From Tubiluchus corallicola (Eukaryota; Animalia; Priapulida), in contig JAQGDQ010000605.1 in the NCBI GenBank assembly GCA_030141605.1, forward strand, positions 66,207-130,206: a stretch of DNA of 64,000 nt, given 5' to 3'. Under the pieces are notes generated by a model that worked only from the letters and a program-made list of their open reading frames with translations, searched no databases and was not told the origin of the DNA. Positions 11,860-24,819 of this stretch are shown piece after piece. Made by a program: the position numbers and the translations under genes. Position 1 is the first letter of the stretch; each line of letters opens with the position of its first letter.

Positions 11860-12924
11860 ATGTATTCGATTTTTGTGTGCGTAATGGCAGCATTTCTAGT
11901 TGGAGTTCACACAGGACCAGTTCCAAGTGCACAAGTTGGTTTGCAGCAGCAGCAGGGTGCATACCAACAGCAAATACCAATTGGTCCAGGATTCTATCCA
12001 ATTCCAGGTCCTTTTCCTCCACATCCAACATTTCCGCCACTACCTACTACACCAGACAGTGATGATGTGGTTTCTGTCACGGAATTCTTGGAGGAAACGT
12101 TTCTGAAGCTCTTCCGCTGCCCCATTGACGAAGAAGAAGAAGAACATGCAGATGATGACAGCGCAGACAAGAAAATGGCTCTTGATCGGCTTAGCACTGA
12201 TAACACAACAGATGAAGACTCGACCACACAAGACAAAGATGGCGGTGATACCAGCGGATCCGCACTACCAACTGACAAGAAGCCACTTGGTAAGTGTCCA
12301 GAACCAAAAGAAGTCGATATTGTTTGGGTGATTGATGCAAGTGGAAGTATAGGACAAAGTGATTATAGCAAAGGAATTGAACTTGCCCAGACAATGGCAA
12401 AATTCGTCGACGCAGAGAATGGTGTAGGTCCTAACTCCACGCGAATGGCAGGAATCTCCTTTTCAACAAAGGTCCATGTGAACTTTAATCACCTCCAAGA
12501 TGCAAAATCTAGTAATATCGAAAAAGTGTTGCAAGCATTCTCAGAATTTCCGTATGATGCGCAGAACACTGGCACACGACCAGCACTCCAGAAAGCTCTG
12601 GATTTATTGAATGATTTTGCTAGAGAAGATGCACAGAAAATCATATTCGTTTTCACCGACGGTGGGTCGAATCACGGAGGAGATCCCTGCACTCTGGCAG
12701 CTGACATTAAAGTCGAATACCCTGATGTGAACACCTTCTCCTGGGGTATAGGTCCATACATCGTTGACAGAGAACTATATTGTATTTCCGGACAGTATTC
12801 AGCAGGTGGGGGTAAAGCCCCACAAGCACAAGTTTTCAAAACGTCTAGTTATGATAGTGCTCTGGGAGTTGCCAGTTTTGCACAGAAATCACTCTATAAT
12901 AACTTCCAACAGTCATCACCTTAA
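11860..12924 (+). CDS. Secreted von Willebrand factor A (vWA) domain protein, 354 aa, intronless CDS
   Basis: Signal peptide MYSIFVCVMAAFLVGVHTG; Q-rich, P-rich and acidic N-terminal region; vWA domain with full MIDAS (VDIVWVIDASGSIG...NTGT...FVFTDGGSN); TATA-like ttatatat at ~11714; AATAAA at ~13012. Confidence 0.9.
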   Translation: MYSIFVCVMAAFLVGVHTGPVPSAQVGLQQQQGAYQQQIPIGPGFYPIPGPFPPHPTFPPLPTTPDSDDVVSVTEFLEETFLKLFRCPIDEEEEEHADDDSADKKMALDRLSTDNTTDEDSTTQDKDGGDTSGSALPTDKKPLGKCPEPKEVDIVWVIDASGSIGQSDYSKGIELAQTMAKFVDAENGVGPNSTRMAGISFSTKVHVNFNHLQDAKSSNIEKVLQAFSEFPYDAQNTGTRPALQKALDLLNDFAREDAQKIIFVFTDGGSNHGGDPCTLAADIKVEYPDVNTFSWGIGPYIVDRELYCISGQYSAGGGKAPQAQVFKTSSYDSALGVASFAQKSLYNNFQQSSP

Positions 12925-13309
12925 TCCTGTATTGCATCACTTGTGTGCATTCAAAACTTTATTGCAATTTAGTATTGGTACTATAGGATTATTTATTCAT
13001 TTGTTAGTCTAAATAAAATTGATTCTGGTGCTTTTAATATAAATTATAAAACGAATAGCGTAAAAATAATTGTATTATGAAGTAACGACTAGCTGGTCCA
13101 GGTTGTTTAGGTTGCACAAGTTTCTTGAGTTACTTCAAAAGTGCTGGTATTTCTTACTTTTATGAATCAAAATTGAAGCTTGTGGTTTGTAAATATACGC
13201 TTTTGATGATTGTTTCCGTTAATGTACTGTTTTTTAGTTTCATTTTACTGTATCAAATTGATCACTTCCATGCAGTATTAAATACATTTATTCTTTAAAA
13301 ATAGTTAAG

Positions 13310-13470
13310 CATTGTTTTGTAAAGTTAATGCATCGTTTTGTAAAGTTAATGCATTGTTTTGTAAAGTTAATGCATTGTTTTGTAAATTTAATGCTTTGCT
13401 TTGTAAAGTTAATGCACTGTTTTGTAAAGTTAATGCATCGTTTTGTAAAGTTAATGCATTGTTTTGTAAA
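13310..13470. repeat. 21-bp minisatellite, ~7.5 copies
   Basis: Unit cattgttttgtaaagttaatg. Confidence 0.9.
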
Positions 13471-15986
13471 TAGACGAGAATAAATAATTATTTTACACAC
13501 TTTGAATACTTTTTACTAGTATGTTCGCTGAAGTAAAGTTCGATCGTGCAGCAAATTCCTGCTTCACGGCACGTGATTGTCTACAGCAAATTCCTGCTTC
13601 ATGGTACGTGATTGTCTAAAGAGAACAGTGTATCTGCAACATTGCCCATAATGGTCAGGCAATCTTTATGGAGAACTGTCAACCTGCGTCCTTATAGATT
13701 ACTACTTGTAGACAAAATAAAAGACCAGTCAACTAGAAAGGCCTAGCAGTAGTGCCTCATTTCTTTAGGTAATTAAGTAAACGAATCATTTTTAAGTAAA
13801 ATAGCAATAAACACTCTGTGACTATGGCCAGCATGTGAGAAAATGCTGAAAATTCACATTTAGACAAAAGAGGGCCCCAGGATCACAAATATGCAAAAAA
13901 ACTTGACGTGTTGACTGGATTTCACATGCAGCAACCTGCTAGCAGTGCAGCTTTCACAAGAGCTAAATACAAACACACTCACGCACGCACACACACACAC
14001 ACACTCACGCACACACACACACACCTTCTCACTTTCGCACATACTGTACGTGCAGACGCATACACATATGCACACACACGCTCACATTAAGAGGCAGCTT
14101 ACTTAAACAGTTAGATGAACGGTTAATTAATTGAAGATGGAGGCACTGAAAATTTTATTGTTTATTAGACAAAAACGCCATTACAATTACATACACAGAT
14201 GTGCTACATATAGTTGAACAAACAGAAAACAAAATTACTACACTTACTTATCAAGTGAGCAATAAATTAGTGAACAAATGACGTAACTGCTTGCAGCTGA
14301 GCTAAAAGATAGAACTTGGATAGCCCAACTGCAACGTACGGTGGTGTGTTGTTAGGTGCGGGATAGAAGAGATGCGCAATGAAAAGAGATGAATTGAAGA
14401 AAAAATAGTTGCATAGTCAGGATTTGAACCCAGATCTTTGTGCTTTGAGGGAACATGTCAATTGAGTTATTGTGGGCCAACTCTGCAGAATTGGTCTCAA
14501 TTTTCATCCTGGTGGGACACAATAAATCAGAGCCACTTATCTGATACAGTGATATATCACCCTGAGAGTTGTCAAAGAGCCTTTGCACTTTTTTGTAGGG
14601 TATCTGGTACATAGTTACACACATTACTAAGGACATTGTACCTACAGCAACTAGCCTAATGGCTAAAAATTTAATTTTAACACTAAGAAATGTGGCACAA
14701 CCAGGAACTGAACCTTGACAGCCAGAACCTTGTGCTTTCTGGTAACATATTTTGCAAGGTCAGGTTCTGGACCAACTTTATTTTTAATTACAAAGATAGA
14801 CTAAATTTTTATCTTAGCAGCACACAATTAATCATAGTCAGTTATCAGATTCGGTGATATGCACACATGCATGCACGCACAGTTGTGCACATTTTTCTGC
14901 AATAAAGAACATTTTAGAAGCGATTAATTACACAAAAAAGCAGACTTTTCACAGACAAACTAATGATGTCTAAGTACATGTATACTTTTAAATTTTATTA
15001 CAAGGTCTTCAAAGGCTATATATTTTTAAGTTTTAGAAATTCCTAACATCACCATCGTAAAGTCTCAGTGAGTGGTGCAGGCGTCTTGTTCTTGCAAAAC
15101 CGTTGAACCATTGACTGATCAGTGATATTAAAATCATGTCATGATAATAGTTTCCTTGTGTAGTTAATTAGTTATAAGCTTGCATATGAAAGAAAGAATA
15201 TTAAATTTATGTTAATGCCAAGTGCATTTCACACATGCCGAATACGAGTGACTTGGTAGACTTGTACGCAACTAAATGGCATAATTGTGAATGAGATGAT
15301 TTTCTTATACTGCATTAAAATTGGAAAATATCACTGCATTTTAAAAACAAAATTTTCGGAGATTGCATGCACACACCAGCGCTGAAACAAAGTTACATCA
15401 TCTCTCTATGTATCGCGGTACGTACTTACCAAAACGTACTCAATGAAAACGTTGCTGTATTCTTTAGTCTTCTGTTTCAAGTAAGTGCACTGCGAGTGTT
15501 TCATCCTTAGTGTGGTGTTCCTTAAACGAAACAAAAATTTAATGAACGAATTCGACTGCTTTTTCCCGCCGCCTATGCAGTGCACAATAGTGGAAAGCTT
15601 TCCTTACAGATAATTAAAGCAATGCGTTAACAAAGATTTATTCTCTTGCTTTCATCAGCGAGCGAGAAGGAGCTGTAGACGTAATGACGATGATGAATTA
15701 TTAGTAAGTGTTGGACCTGAGTAGTGCGGAAGTTAAATAAACGTATTATTTAACTGTGTGTGATAGTAAAGCTCAAAGTAGTTGTTGTGAAGAAAATTTA
15801 TATATATATATAATAATCTTTATTTGCCATTAAAACATTGATAATCACTGATAAAAACTTTAGTGAGATGATATTTAACCTGTTCTTGTACTCGCTGTTT
15901 TATGAAATTGGCAGGTGTGAGCGCCCACCACAACTTAGTACAAGTTTCATCTTATCTATCTAAATAGCCACAGCTGAATTATCGCT

Positions 15987-18900
15987 ATGGCTCAAGAAGC
16001 AGGTTCTGTTCAAGCTAATACATTTGCACAAAAGGCTAGTTTTAATCTTGGGCATTGGGATATTGAGACTACCAAGAGTCATATTTTAGAGTCAAGTTGC
16101 CAGCAACCCGATACTTGCAAAGCAGGACCAGACAGACGGTGCTCTGTTTGCAGGTTTGTAAAATTTGTAATGTTTCTCTATGCACTCAAATATGAAACTT
16201 AAAATGGTGTTATACTGATTGGCTTCATTTAAAAGGATGCGCGCTAAACTAATTTGGAAACAAGCTGTATGGCAGATTATAAATAAGGTGATAAAACAAA
16301 AGCTCACTCCCCGTAAACAAAATTATCTTAAATAATAATGCATACCGTAAAACCGAAGACATTGCAAACATACTTAATAACATTAACACATTTCTAAAAT
16401 TGGGAGAATGCAAAGGAGACCCATCAAGCAGGAAAAGGGGATATGATGAAACATACAAACAAAGTAGGCTGTACCTTCACCTTCATGCCAACTAACCCAA
16501 TAAATTCTGTCAGGTCTCATTATTGCTCCACACATCTGTTGTGTATTTAACCAAATGATATTGAGACAAAAATTTCCAAGTATATGCAAGACAGCCAATG
16601 TAACACCAAAAAACACATACGGAGACTCAGAAAACCAGAAAGCTATCGCCCCATATTGGTTGTCGAAAATATGGATTCTCTCGAAAATGGAGAATTGGAT
16701 GCTTCTTGGAGGGTTCAGCTATTTCAGTTGTTGAGAGATGTATGCTCATTAGAGCTTGACTAAAATACCTCTGCCCAGAATGTCTTACTAATAATAATGA
16801 GCTACATCCCAGTCATGCTACAACCAATCAGCATTACTAGTAGGCTCTCCTGGATTGAGTGTATGTGGCTTGTTGTGTACAAAATAGTAAAAACACCTTT
16901 TACACAACAAACGTCCCGTAATCACTTGATTTAACTTCAGGTATAAACATTGCTTGAAACTTCCTCATTTACCTGAAATGGTATTCCCCGATAATAAGCT
17001 GCGTCTGATTCATGATGGAAAGTTTGGATTGGAGTTCAATGCACTTGATGCTCTCCGTCTTGTTGATCCTGAACACGACGTCATGAAAGTTTCAGCGACC
17101 GAGGCATGGCGAGATGCAAGGTAGTAACTTTGATCTATTGATAATTCAGAGAGACTAATAACTACTTTGTGTGCCTTATAAATTTTCAAATTTCTTTTGT
17201 TTATTTAATTTAGGCAGCAGGATGTAAGCTTCTTGTTGGTTGCAGTTTTGTCCAACTTTTTTGTCCAACTTTTGTTAAATAGCTTTGGTGACTTTGATGC
17301 TTTTTATCATTCAGTTATGTCGGTGTGGTGGCACCCATCTAAACTATGTTCAATTGTTAAATCTAAATTTCTAAAACATTTTGTATTTTTTCTTGATTAT
17401 AAAATTTCCAATACATCTGAATTCATTTTAGATGCACCTGAATGCCTATTCTGTTAAACTTGTACAAAAATTATACATTCGTGTGTACATAAAAATATAC
17501 CAAAAAACCTCTATAAGGCTGCCAAATATTCAGTAATGATAATAATAATAATAATCTTTATTTAAAGTCAGCTTTTGGGTCAACAATTAACATTAGCTCA
17601 AAGAGTTATTATCGCCAACTGTACATAACAACCTACAACTACATAACAGAGACCATTATTACCCAACTTTTACCCTGAATACCACGTGTCAGGCAGGGCA
17701 ACAGCAGGTGCCATTTTTAGTGTTTGGTATTACCCGGCTGCTGTTTCGAACTCACGACTTCCCAGGTGGAAAGCGGACGCTTTACCACTAGACTAAACCG
17801 TCTGGTCAGGATTGTTTTTGTTGACATTTCTCTATACAGTTCTATGCTCAGCATGAACGAACCAATTATCAATTTTGCCAATATAATTTTATTAAAGTAA
17901 CTGGTATAATTAAAAAATTCGCTTTTTATAATTTCTTTATTTAGGATGGGTTCTGAATATTTAGACACGGTAGTACAACCTTATGACTGGACTTTCACAA
18001 CACACTATCGTGGTACATTACTGGCTGAAGATCCGGAACATGTGCTAAAGGTACGAAAAAGTAATGGATTTTAGTAATGCGTGTAATCATTTTCATAAAT
18101 TTCTACTATCAAAATTCTGTACGAAGCGTTTATTTAATTATGTCTCAGAAAAAGTTTAAGCAGGGGCATAGCCAGGTTCTAAACATAGGGGGAGCAAGCA
18201 CATCAAATACATACCAAGCAATTTTTAATGTATTGATTATACATTGTAATTTTGTGGTTAAAATAAAAAATGAGGAAGGTACAATTTTCAAACAAGTACA
18301 TAATTGTTATGCTGTATTTAAAATTAAACACATTAAAAAGTTTTTCTCCATTCCTTACCAGAAAAAGATCTTCGACAGTGTGATCGTTTTTCTAAATAAT
18401 TTTAACAGCAGGCATGATATAACACCCTCACAATAAAATGTAAAGACACTGATACTATTATTTGCAATATATAATTATCAGTAGACCTGCTGCTACGCAA
18501 TACTGTCTAGACAAACTTGTGACAAAATAATATTATAATAATTACATGTGGGCCAATTTGATCCTTGCTTCTATCAGTCAATTTTCACAAATGAGTTGCA
18601 TGTTTCAAAACAAATTTCAAAAACAAGCGAGGCCGGTTGGTCATATAAAGTAATGACTCCATTGCTGAAAAGGCGCAAATTTTGAAAAATCTGCTTAGAA
18701 GAAGCAGTTGCTCCCTTGCTTCCCTATTAGCTATGCCACCGAGCTTAAGATCAAGTATCTTCCCTATTAGCTATGCCACCGAGTTTAAGATCAAGTATCT
18801 TCCCTATTAGCTATGCCACTGAGTTTAAGATCAAGTATCTTCCCAATTAGCTATGTCACTGAGTTTGAGATCAAGTTAGCTTCCCTATTAGCTATGCCAC

Positions 18901-19506
18901 TGAGTTTAAGATCAAGTATCTTCCCTGTTAGCTATGCCACTGAGTTTAAGATCAAGTATCTTCCCTATTAGCTATGCCACTGAGTTTAAGATCAAGTTAG
19001 CTTTCGGAATCAGCATCTTAGCTTAAGGAAATATTTTTTATGGTGAATCTCTGCAAAGCAGCTTATCTGGGCAAGAAATGTGAACCATAAAGATATGCTT
19101 ATCCAAAATAATTGATCTGCAACTTAGCTCTATCTTTACAGAAATCTTCTATACGGAAAAATGTATGTTTTGCTGTGTTTAATAATTTTTACTTTAGGTT
19201 CAAGAAACAAAAGAAAGAATTGACTTGGAGAAATTAAAAGTGAAGGAACCAATTAAGTTCTTTGATGAGATTGTTCTGTTTGAGGATGAATTGCACGATC
19301 ATGGAACTAGCCATCTTCAAGTTAAAATAGTAAGATGTTTTCATTTGTTAGTTATCTTGAATATTGTTAGCTAAGTGCTGCTTTGGAATGCTGCCCAGTT
19401 TCAAAAAGTACTACTGGAGAATAATAAACTTATTAATATAGCAATAATTTTAATTCTTTTCATTACTGTTTCTTAATTGAAAACATTTGTTTGAACTATA
19501 AAATTG

Positions 19507-19543
<37 letters not shown>

Positions 19544-22500
19544 TTAAAAGTCGGCTTTTGGGTCAAAAATTAACATTAGCTCGAAGAGCTATTATCGTCG
19601 ACTATAAATAACAACCTACAACTACATAACAGAGACCATTATTATCCCACTTTTACCCTAAATACCACGCGCCAGGCAGGGGAACAACAGGTACCATTTT
19701 TAAAGTCTTTGGTATTACCCAGCCGCTGGTTCGAACTCACGACCTCCCAGACGGAAAGCAGATGCATTACCACTAGACTAAACTGTCTGGTCAATTGTTT
19801 ACTTGTTAACTTAACTCAGGCTGCTGCTTCTCACTACTGAAGTTACACGTCTTATTGTGACATCACTGCAGATTTAAAGCCAGTGTTGCTACAGAGTAGT
19901 AAAATTAGTTAATATTAAGAAGTAAAATAATGTTTAACCAATTCTGAATTTAATATTCTTGTGAAGATGACAAAACAAAAAAGAAAATTGTAGGTTCTGA
20001 TGTACACGCTGGTGCTGAAGATGGGGGAAGATACATTTGCAAAAATTTCTTGCTGGTTTCTGCCTAATGTCCAATGAAAACTACTCTGTTTAAGAAAATG
20101 TTCCCTTTTAATGTATGTATGTAAACTTTTATATATACAGTGTTCTGTCACTTATCTCAGGTGTTCCGTTCCAGGCCTACCCGCGATAAGTGAATTTCCG
20201 CAAAGTAGGGACGCTATACTATTTACTGTAAATGGTATTTTTTATGATTTATAATATTCTTTTAATGTTAGAATTAATATTTTTAATTTATTTTTATACA
20301 TTTTGTGATTTTTTATGCAAAATTCATCAAATCTATACGTTACTGTACAATACGTACTACACATGTACAAATATACTTTGGACGGAGTACTACAAAAACC
20401 CGCGAAACAGCGAAAATACCGCGATAAATCTTTTGCATTAATCTTTTTGAAAACCCGCGAAACAGCGAGTCCTCGATAAGCGAACTGCGAAGTAGCAAGG
20501 GAACACAGTAGTTGTTATGCTGTTAAAACTAGCAAAAAACATACTTTGTAGTAGTGAGACTGATATTTTTACCTTTAATGCGTATTATGATAACTTTCTG
20601 TTTACATTTCATGCAGGCGTGGCTATTTATTTTAGAATGGACACAAAGGATTGACATATTTGATTGTGGTCTTTAAATATTTGCAGAGGGTTATGCCTGG
20701 AAAATTCTTTATCTTACTCCGATTTTTCCTGCGAGTGGATAACGTTATGATAAGAACCAACGATACTCGTTTGTATCACGAGGTAAGTAACAGCTTCTCA
20801 TGGCAATCAAATAGTCATTTATTAATTTCCAATCACATACTAATAGCTAAAAAATAAGCAACAATTCTTTTAAAAATCTAATAACACTTAAACTTATTTC
20901 CAACCCTAATGCTGGCTAAGGCACTTAATGTACAGGACTAGTTACTCATTATAAATGAGATTAATAGTTACTTATTTAAGATAGGATTTACTATCTATAC
21001 CCATTGGAGTTGACTATCTAGATTAAGGCTTATGAATCGTTCTTTTATTAAATACTAAAGTTTGTATTAAGAGCAATTAAGAGTTATTAAAAATAATATT
21101 GAAACTAGGTTCATTGAATTTTTGTTTCTTCGTTTGGTTTTGTAAAAAAGAACATGAGTGATTAGAGTTGTGGAATAAACATACTGTTCTTCTAATTTGC
21201 TTTCGAAATGTTGATTATAATTGAATAAGCATACGAGCAAAAGAAAGATTATAAAAACGTTAACTACACGTAAGTACCTTACCATATCTACATATGTACA
21301 AGTCGAATTTTTGGGAGGCGATTTTAAGGTGAAATTTTTGGGGTCGACTTATACTTACGATATGTTTTAGCGACACATCACGTATCTTACACACTAACAC
21401 AGTAAATTATTGATTTATCACTCGGCCATTGTTGACATCATTTACTCTGGAAGATCTTAATATTTTATGGTCGACTTGTACACAGGTAATATATAAAATG
21501 ATGCAATTTTTGGTCTTAAAATGCACATCGACTTGTACCAAAGTATATACGGTATGTTGATTCAAAACACAGTAGTAACTTAAGCTATCTTTTTGTAACG
21601 AATTGTTAATAGCTATATGCAGAAGACAATGTATTTATTTTTAGGAAGACAGGAACTACATTCTTAGAGAGTATACCAGTAAAGAAAAGAAAATACAAGA
21701 CTTACAGGTAAAGAATTTTCTCTCTTTTTCTGTAATTGCGCTTTAGTAAGCAATTTTCGATCAGAAGAAATGTGAACTTCTCAGGAAGTGGTTTCTAGGA
21801 GGCATGAAATAATATTCTTGCATCATACATGAGTAATCACTTTCGAACTCTTCGAGAGGAACCTGTTTGGGCTTTCAAAAACCAAATTCGAAGCTTGATT
21901 AAATTTTGCTCTTTCTTTGCTCTTTATTTGCCAAAACATATCATTCCATCTAAACATAAGAAATTAGTGCCAAAAAAATAACAAATAAACAAATAACAAA
22001 AAAATTACACTAGCCAAAAGTCAATTGTACTTAATTAAGAGCTCTGCACTGTACTTTCATATTAATTAATACCTAGCTGTTATCTTAAAGTAAATTTAAA
22101 TTTTATAAAGTAATTAGAGTATATATGTACGTTATTAGCCCCAAATCATAAGCAATTGTAACAGATAACGACAATATCTTATCAACTTATGACACGTCTT
22201 CACTTCACAGTGTGCCTCTGACCCAGATCAAATTGATCACGTGATTAGGCCAAAAATCACCACAAGGTGGCCAAAGCCGACAACAAGTGAATGCCGCAAA
22301 GCACACCAATGCAAGATTTCCAGGACAGAACCTGTCCAGCATTTGGGATTCCTGACGCTTTTCCTCTTCCCAGATGCACAGCGTCGCATGAATAACAACA
22401 AAATAAAAGCTAAATGTCATTCCTACGACAAATCACACATAACGGTCCAGCAACATTGCTATTTATTAGCCAACATTATTGATTATTGTGTGCATTTGGT

Positions 22501-23404
22501 TGAGTTTAAGACAAGCAATTTTCTTGTTCCACTGTCTATGTTCTGAAAATACATTATCGGCTTTTTTTCTATAAATACCGTATTTTCCCGTGTATAAGAG
22601 ACCCTTTTTTGATCAGAATTTTCACTTTAAAAATAGGGGGTCTCTTATACATGGGAGTAAGTCCAATAAGATGCATAAATTGTGACACTAATGATTTTAA
22701 AGAAATAAGTGCTCTACAACTGTTTTATTTCGAATAATTATAGTTTCCTTTCAATAAATCTTCTCCATGGCTAAATTCTAATGATAAAATTAATGTACCG
22801 GGTAAGTTATTATTTTTTTAAATGTCTCTTTGGTATTGGAGAGAAATCGATTGTTCTGCAGCCAATCAACGCATCTGCATAAGCTCTCTGCATGCCCGTC
22901 GACGTCATTGATACGTCGGCAGAGGTCAACGAGATGAGTCAGCCTAAGCAAGGCGTCTCGCGTTCGACTATGAAGCGGTTGTAAGCAATACAAGCATCGT
23001 GACACAGGCATTATCTCCTCGTTTTCTCTTTTCCTGCCATTTTTGAGCAGAGTGACTCCTCTGATGATGAACTGGCTGGAATTGCTGAAGGTCTGACTCC
23101 AGTTGATATTTTTGATGAGAGTGATGAGGAATTTAATGATTTCTATGATGAATAAAGTTATTCATTACCAAAAAACTTTTTTCCAGAATTTTTGCCTAAA
23201 AATTGAAGGGGTCTCTTATACATGGGTAGTCGTTTGGAAGAACTGCAGTTTAAGCGCTGCAACCAGTTCCTTTAAATTTGTAGAGATTTGCTGCCATTCC
23301 AGGTTCCTCTGGATGTTCTGTGCAATCCCGTTGCTGTTCAGGAACACTTGGACATTGTTGAGGAAATATACGAGAAAATGGAGTTCCCTTCTGTGGCTTC
23401 GTGA
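15987..23404 (+). CDS. TIPRL: TIP41-like protein (PP2A regulator), 281 aa; exons 15987-16153, 16941-17120, 17945-18050, 19198-19329, 20687-20782, 21645-21707, 23303-23404
   Basis: Spliced product contains [109 protein letters not shown], all diagnostic of TIPRL. All junctions are GT-AG and the total is 846 nt in frame. Probable 5' UTR exon ends at ~15703. Confidence 0.95.
17534..17807 (-). mobile_element. tRNA-derived SINE, copy 1 (TIPRL intron 2)
   Basis: Minus strand: A box TAGTCTAGTGG, B box GAGTTCGAA, central domain gtaataccaaa...aaaaatggYacctgYtgtt..cctgcctg, (TTA)n tail; highly similar to 19508-19792. Confidence 0.85.
18161..18741. mobile_element. hAT-type MITE with 8-bp TSD
   Basis: Left end caggggcatagc, right end gctatgccac(c/t)g; AGTTTAAG lies immediately left (18153-18160) and follows the right TIR in the array copies. 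Confidence 0.8.
18720..19000. repeat. 40-bp tandem array (7 copies) built from the MITE right end + TSD + flank
   Basis: Unit ttccctattagctatgccactg-agtttaag-atcaagtatc. Confidence 0.95.
19508..19792 (-). mobile_element. tRNA-derived SINE, copy 2 (TIPRL intron 4)
   Basis: Same head, core and longer (TTA)n tail as 17534-17807. A more decayed copy is likely at ~53570-53660 (+). Confidence 0.85.
20138..20508. mobile_element. Tigger/pogo-like MITE
   Basis: TA|CAGTGTT...GGGAACACAG|TA termini with subterminal ccgcgataa/ccgcgaaac repeats. Confidence 0.65.
21282..21552. mobile_element. Tc1/mariner-pogo-type MITE
   Basis: TA|CCATATCTAC...TACAAGTCGA at left and TCGACTTGTAC...GTATATACGG|TA at right; internal gtcgactt repeats. 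Confidence 0.7.
22578..23230 (+). mobile_element. Non-autonomous pogo-like DNA transposon remnant
   Basis: TA|CCGTATTTTCCCGTGTATAAGAGACC left end; ggggtctcttatacatggg subterminal motif at ~22637 and ~23208; residual acidic tail [12 protein letters not shown]...[16 protein letters not shown] (~23045-23155) resembling pogo transposase C-termini; right TIR apparently truncated. Confidence 0.65.
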
Positions 23405-24819
23405 CGCAGTGACAGGTACCAGCAATCTTCCCAAATCAGTAATTTATCAGGTGTTTATTGAAAAATTGGGCATTTGTTACACCCTCCTATACTTCATCTT
23501 TACGAGTATCAAAAATTCCATCTGATACGTGACTGTCTGTTTGAGAATGGACGATCGTCACAGAAAACTGTACATTTGTGCAACATCAGACTTGGCACCT
23601 TTATGAAAATAAAGAGAGATTTTTTCTTTTTGTAATTTTGATTCATATCAGCCAAGTAGCTGGCTAAAAAATCATGTGAAAACTGAGTTGTCATTTCGAC
23701 GTGGAAGCATCTCTTGTAAATTTTAGGAAAGAGCCCGATGTTCATTTCAGTAGATTGTGTGACGTCATAAAAATGTGCTGAATTGCGGTCATGTCTGGTG
23801 TGCCATTGTTATTGATGTGGTCATCAGCCATTATGTTGGCGGATTGACATTGTGTCTGAAGTGGTGCTGTAAAGACATTGCCGTGTGATTTCGTATTTGC
23901 TGAATTAACTGTTGTACTTTTATCAATCTTAATGGCAGACTTATTTTAGAAGTCTGTTTACTCATAACAGGCATTTGATTTCATATTAGTTTGTATATAT
24001 ATATATATATAATAAGGTACACTATATAAGTGTATATACTACATATGTTAGACATTCATATCATCTTATTTTAAAATGAACTGTCGAGCTGTTTAAGTCT
24101 GTTGTCTACCTCACTGTAGGAATTTATGCCTTTTGTATGCCTTATAATTTTAATGCATACGTATGATTTATTTAACATTATAAAACCCAGGTGAATGGTT
24201 TGTATTGGGCTTTCTCAAGTATTCTTGAAACATATTTTTCTTAATAACCTAAAATTACATATTTTTTTATTTCAGCATTTTCATTTTTTGTGATTTCACA
24301 AGTATTCCAAACTAATGTGAGCATGCGTAACATATAATGTACTTTACGTGTAGCATAGCCCCTCACAATATGACAGAATCTAAAACTCTGGGTATATATG
24401 CTTCCAAAGGTTAATGTCTTTAGATCATTCGTCTTTCAATTTATGATCCAATAAGTGCACGAAAGCAATATTAAATTAGAAAGGGTGCAAATCTCATGTT
24501 TTGATTTCTGAGCTGCTTTGCTAATCATACGTCCTCATAACTAACTTATAGTACTCGTTGCATAGTTTTGTTTCTCAGATTGTGTATTCTTTGTATTTAT
24601 TGAGCTAGATGTTGTAAAATTTAACAAAAATTGTCAAATCAAAACGTGAAAAGAAATGTCTCCCGCTCATCTGATATTTGTGCAGCGCTGATTTCTAAAA
24701 TGTTAACGGTGATTAAAACATGTTGGATAGTGTGGAAGCTCTTGCCTCCTTGGATGAACTGACCAAAATATTTGCCAATTTTCCATCTTGTGTCGCAAGT
24801 TGCTTAAAACCTATGCAGA

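Noticed and set aside
15810-16200. Possible minus-strand LINE 3' remnant
   Set aside because: The plus strand is TIPRL coding exon 1 ([16 protein letters not shown]), which splices in frame to exon 2.
22211-22546. Alternative last exon of TIPRL (CASDPDQID...)
   Set aside because: 23303-23404 (VPLDVLCNP...YEKMEFP) matches the TIPRL C-terminus far better.
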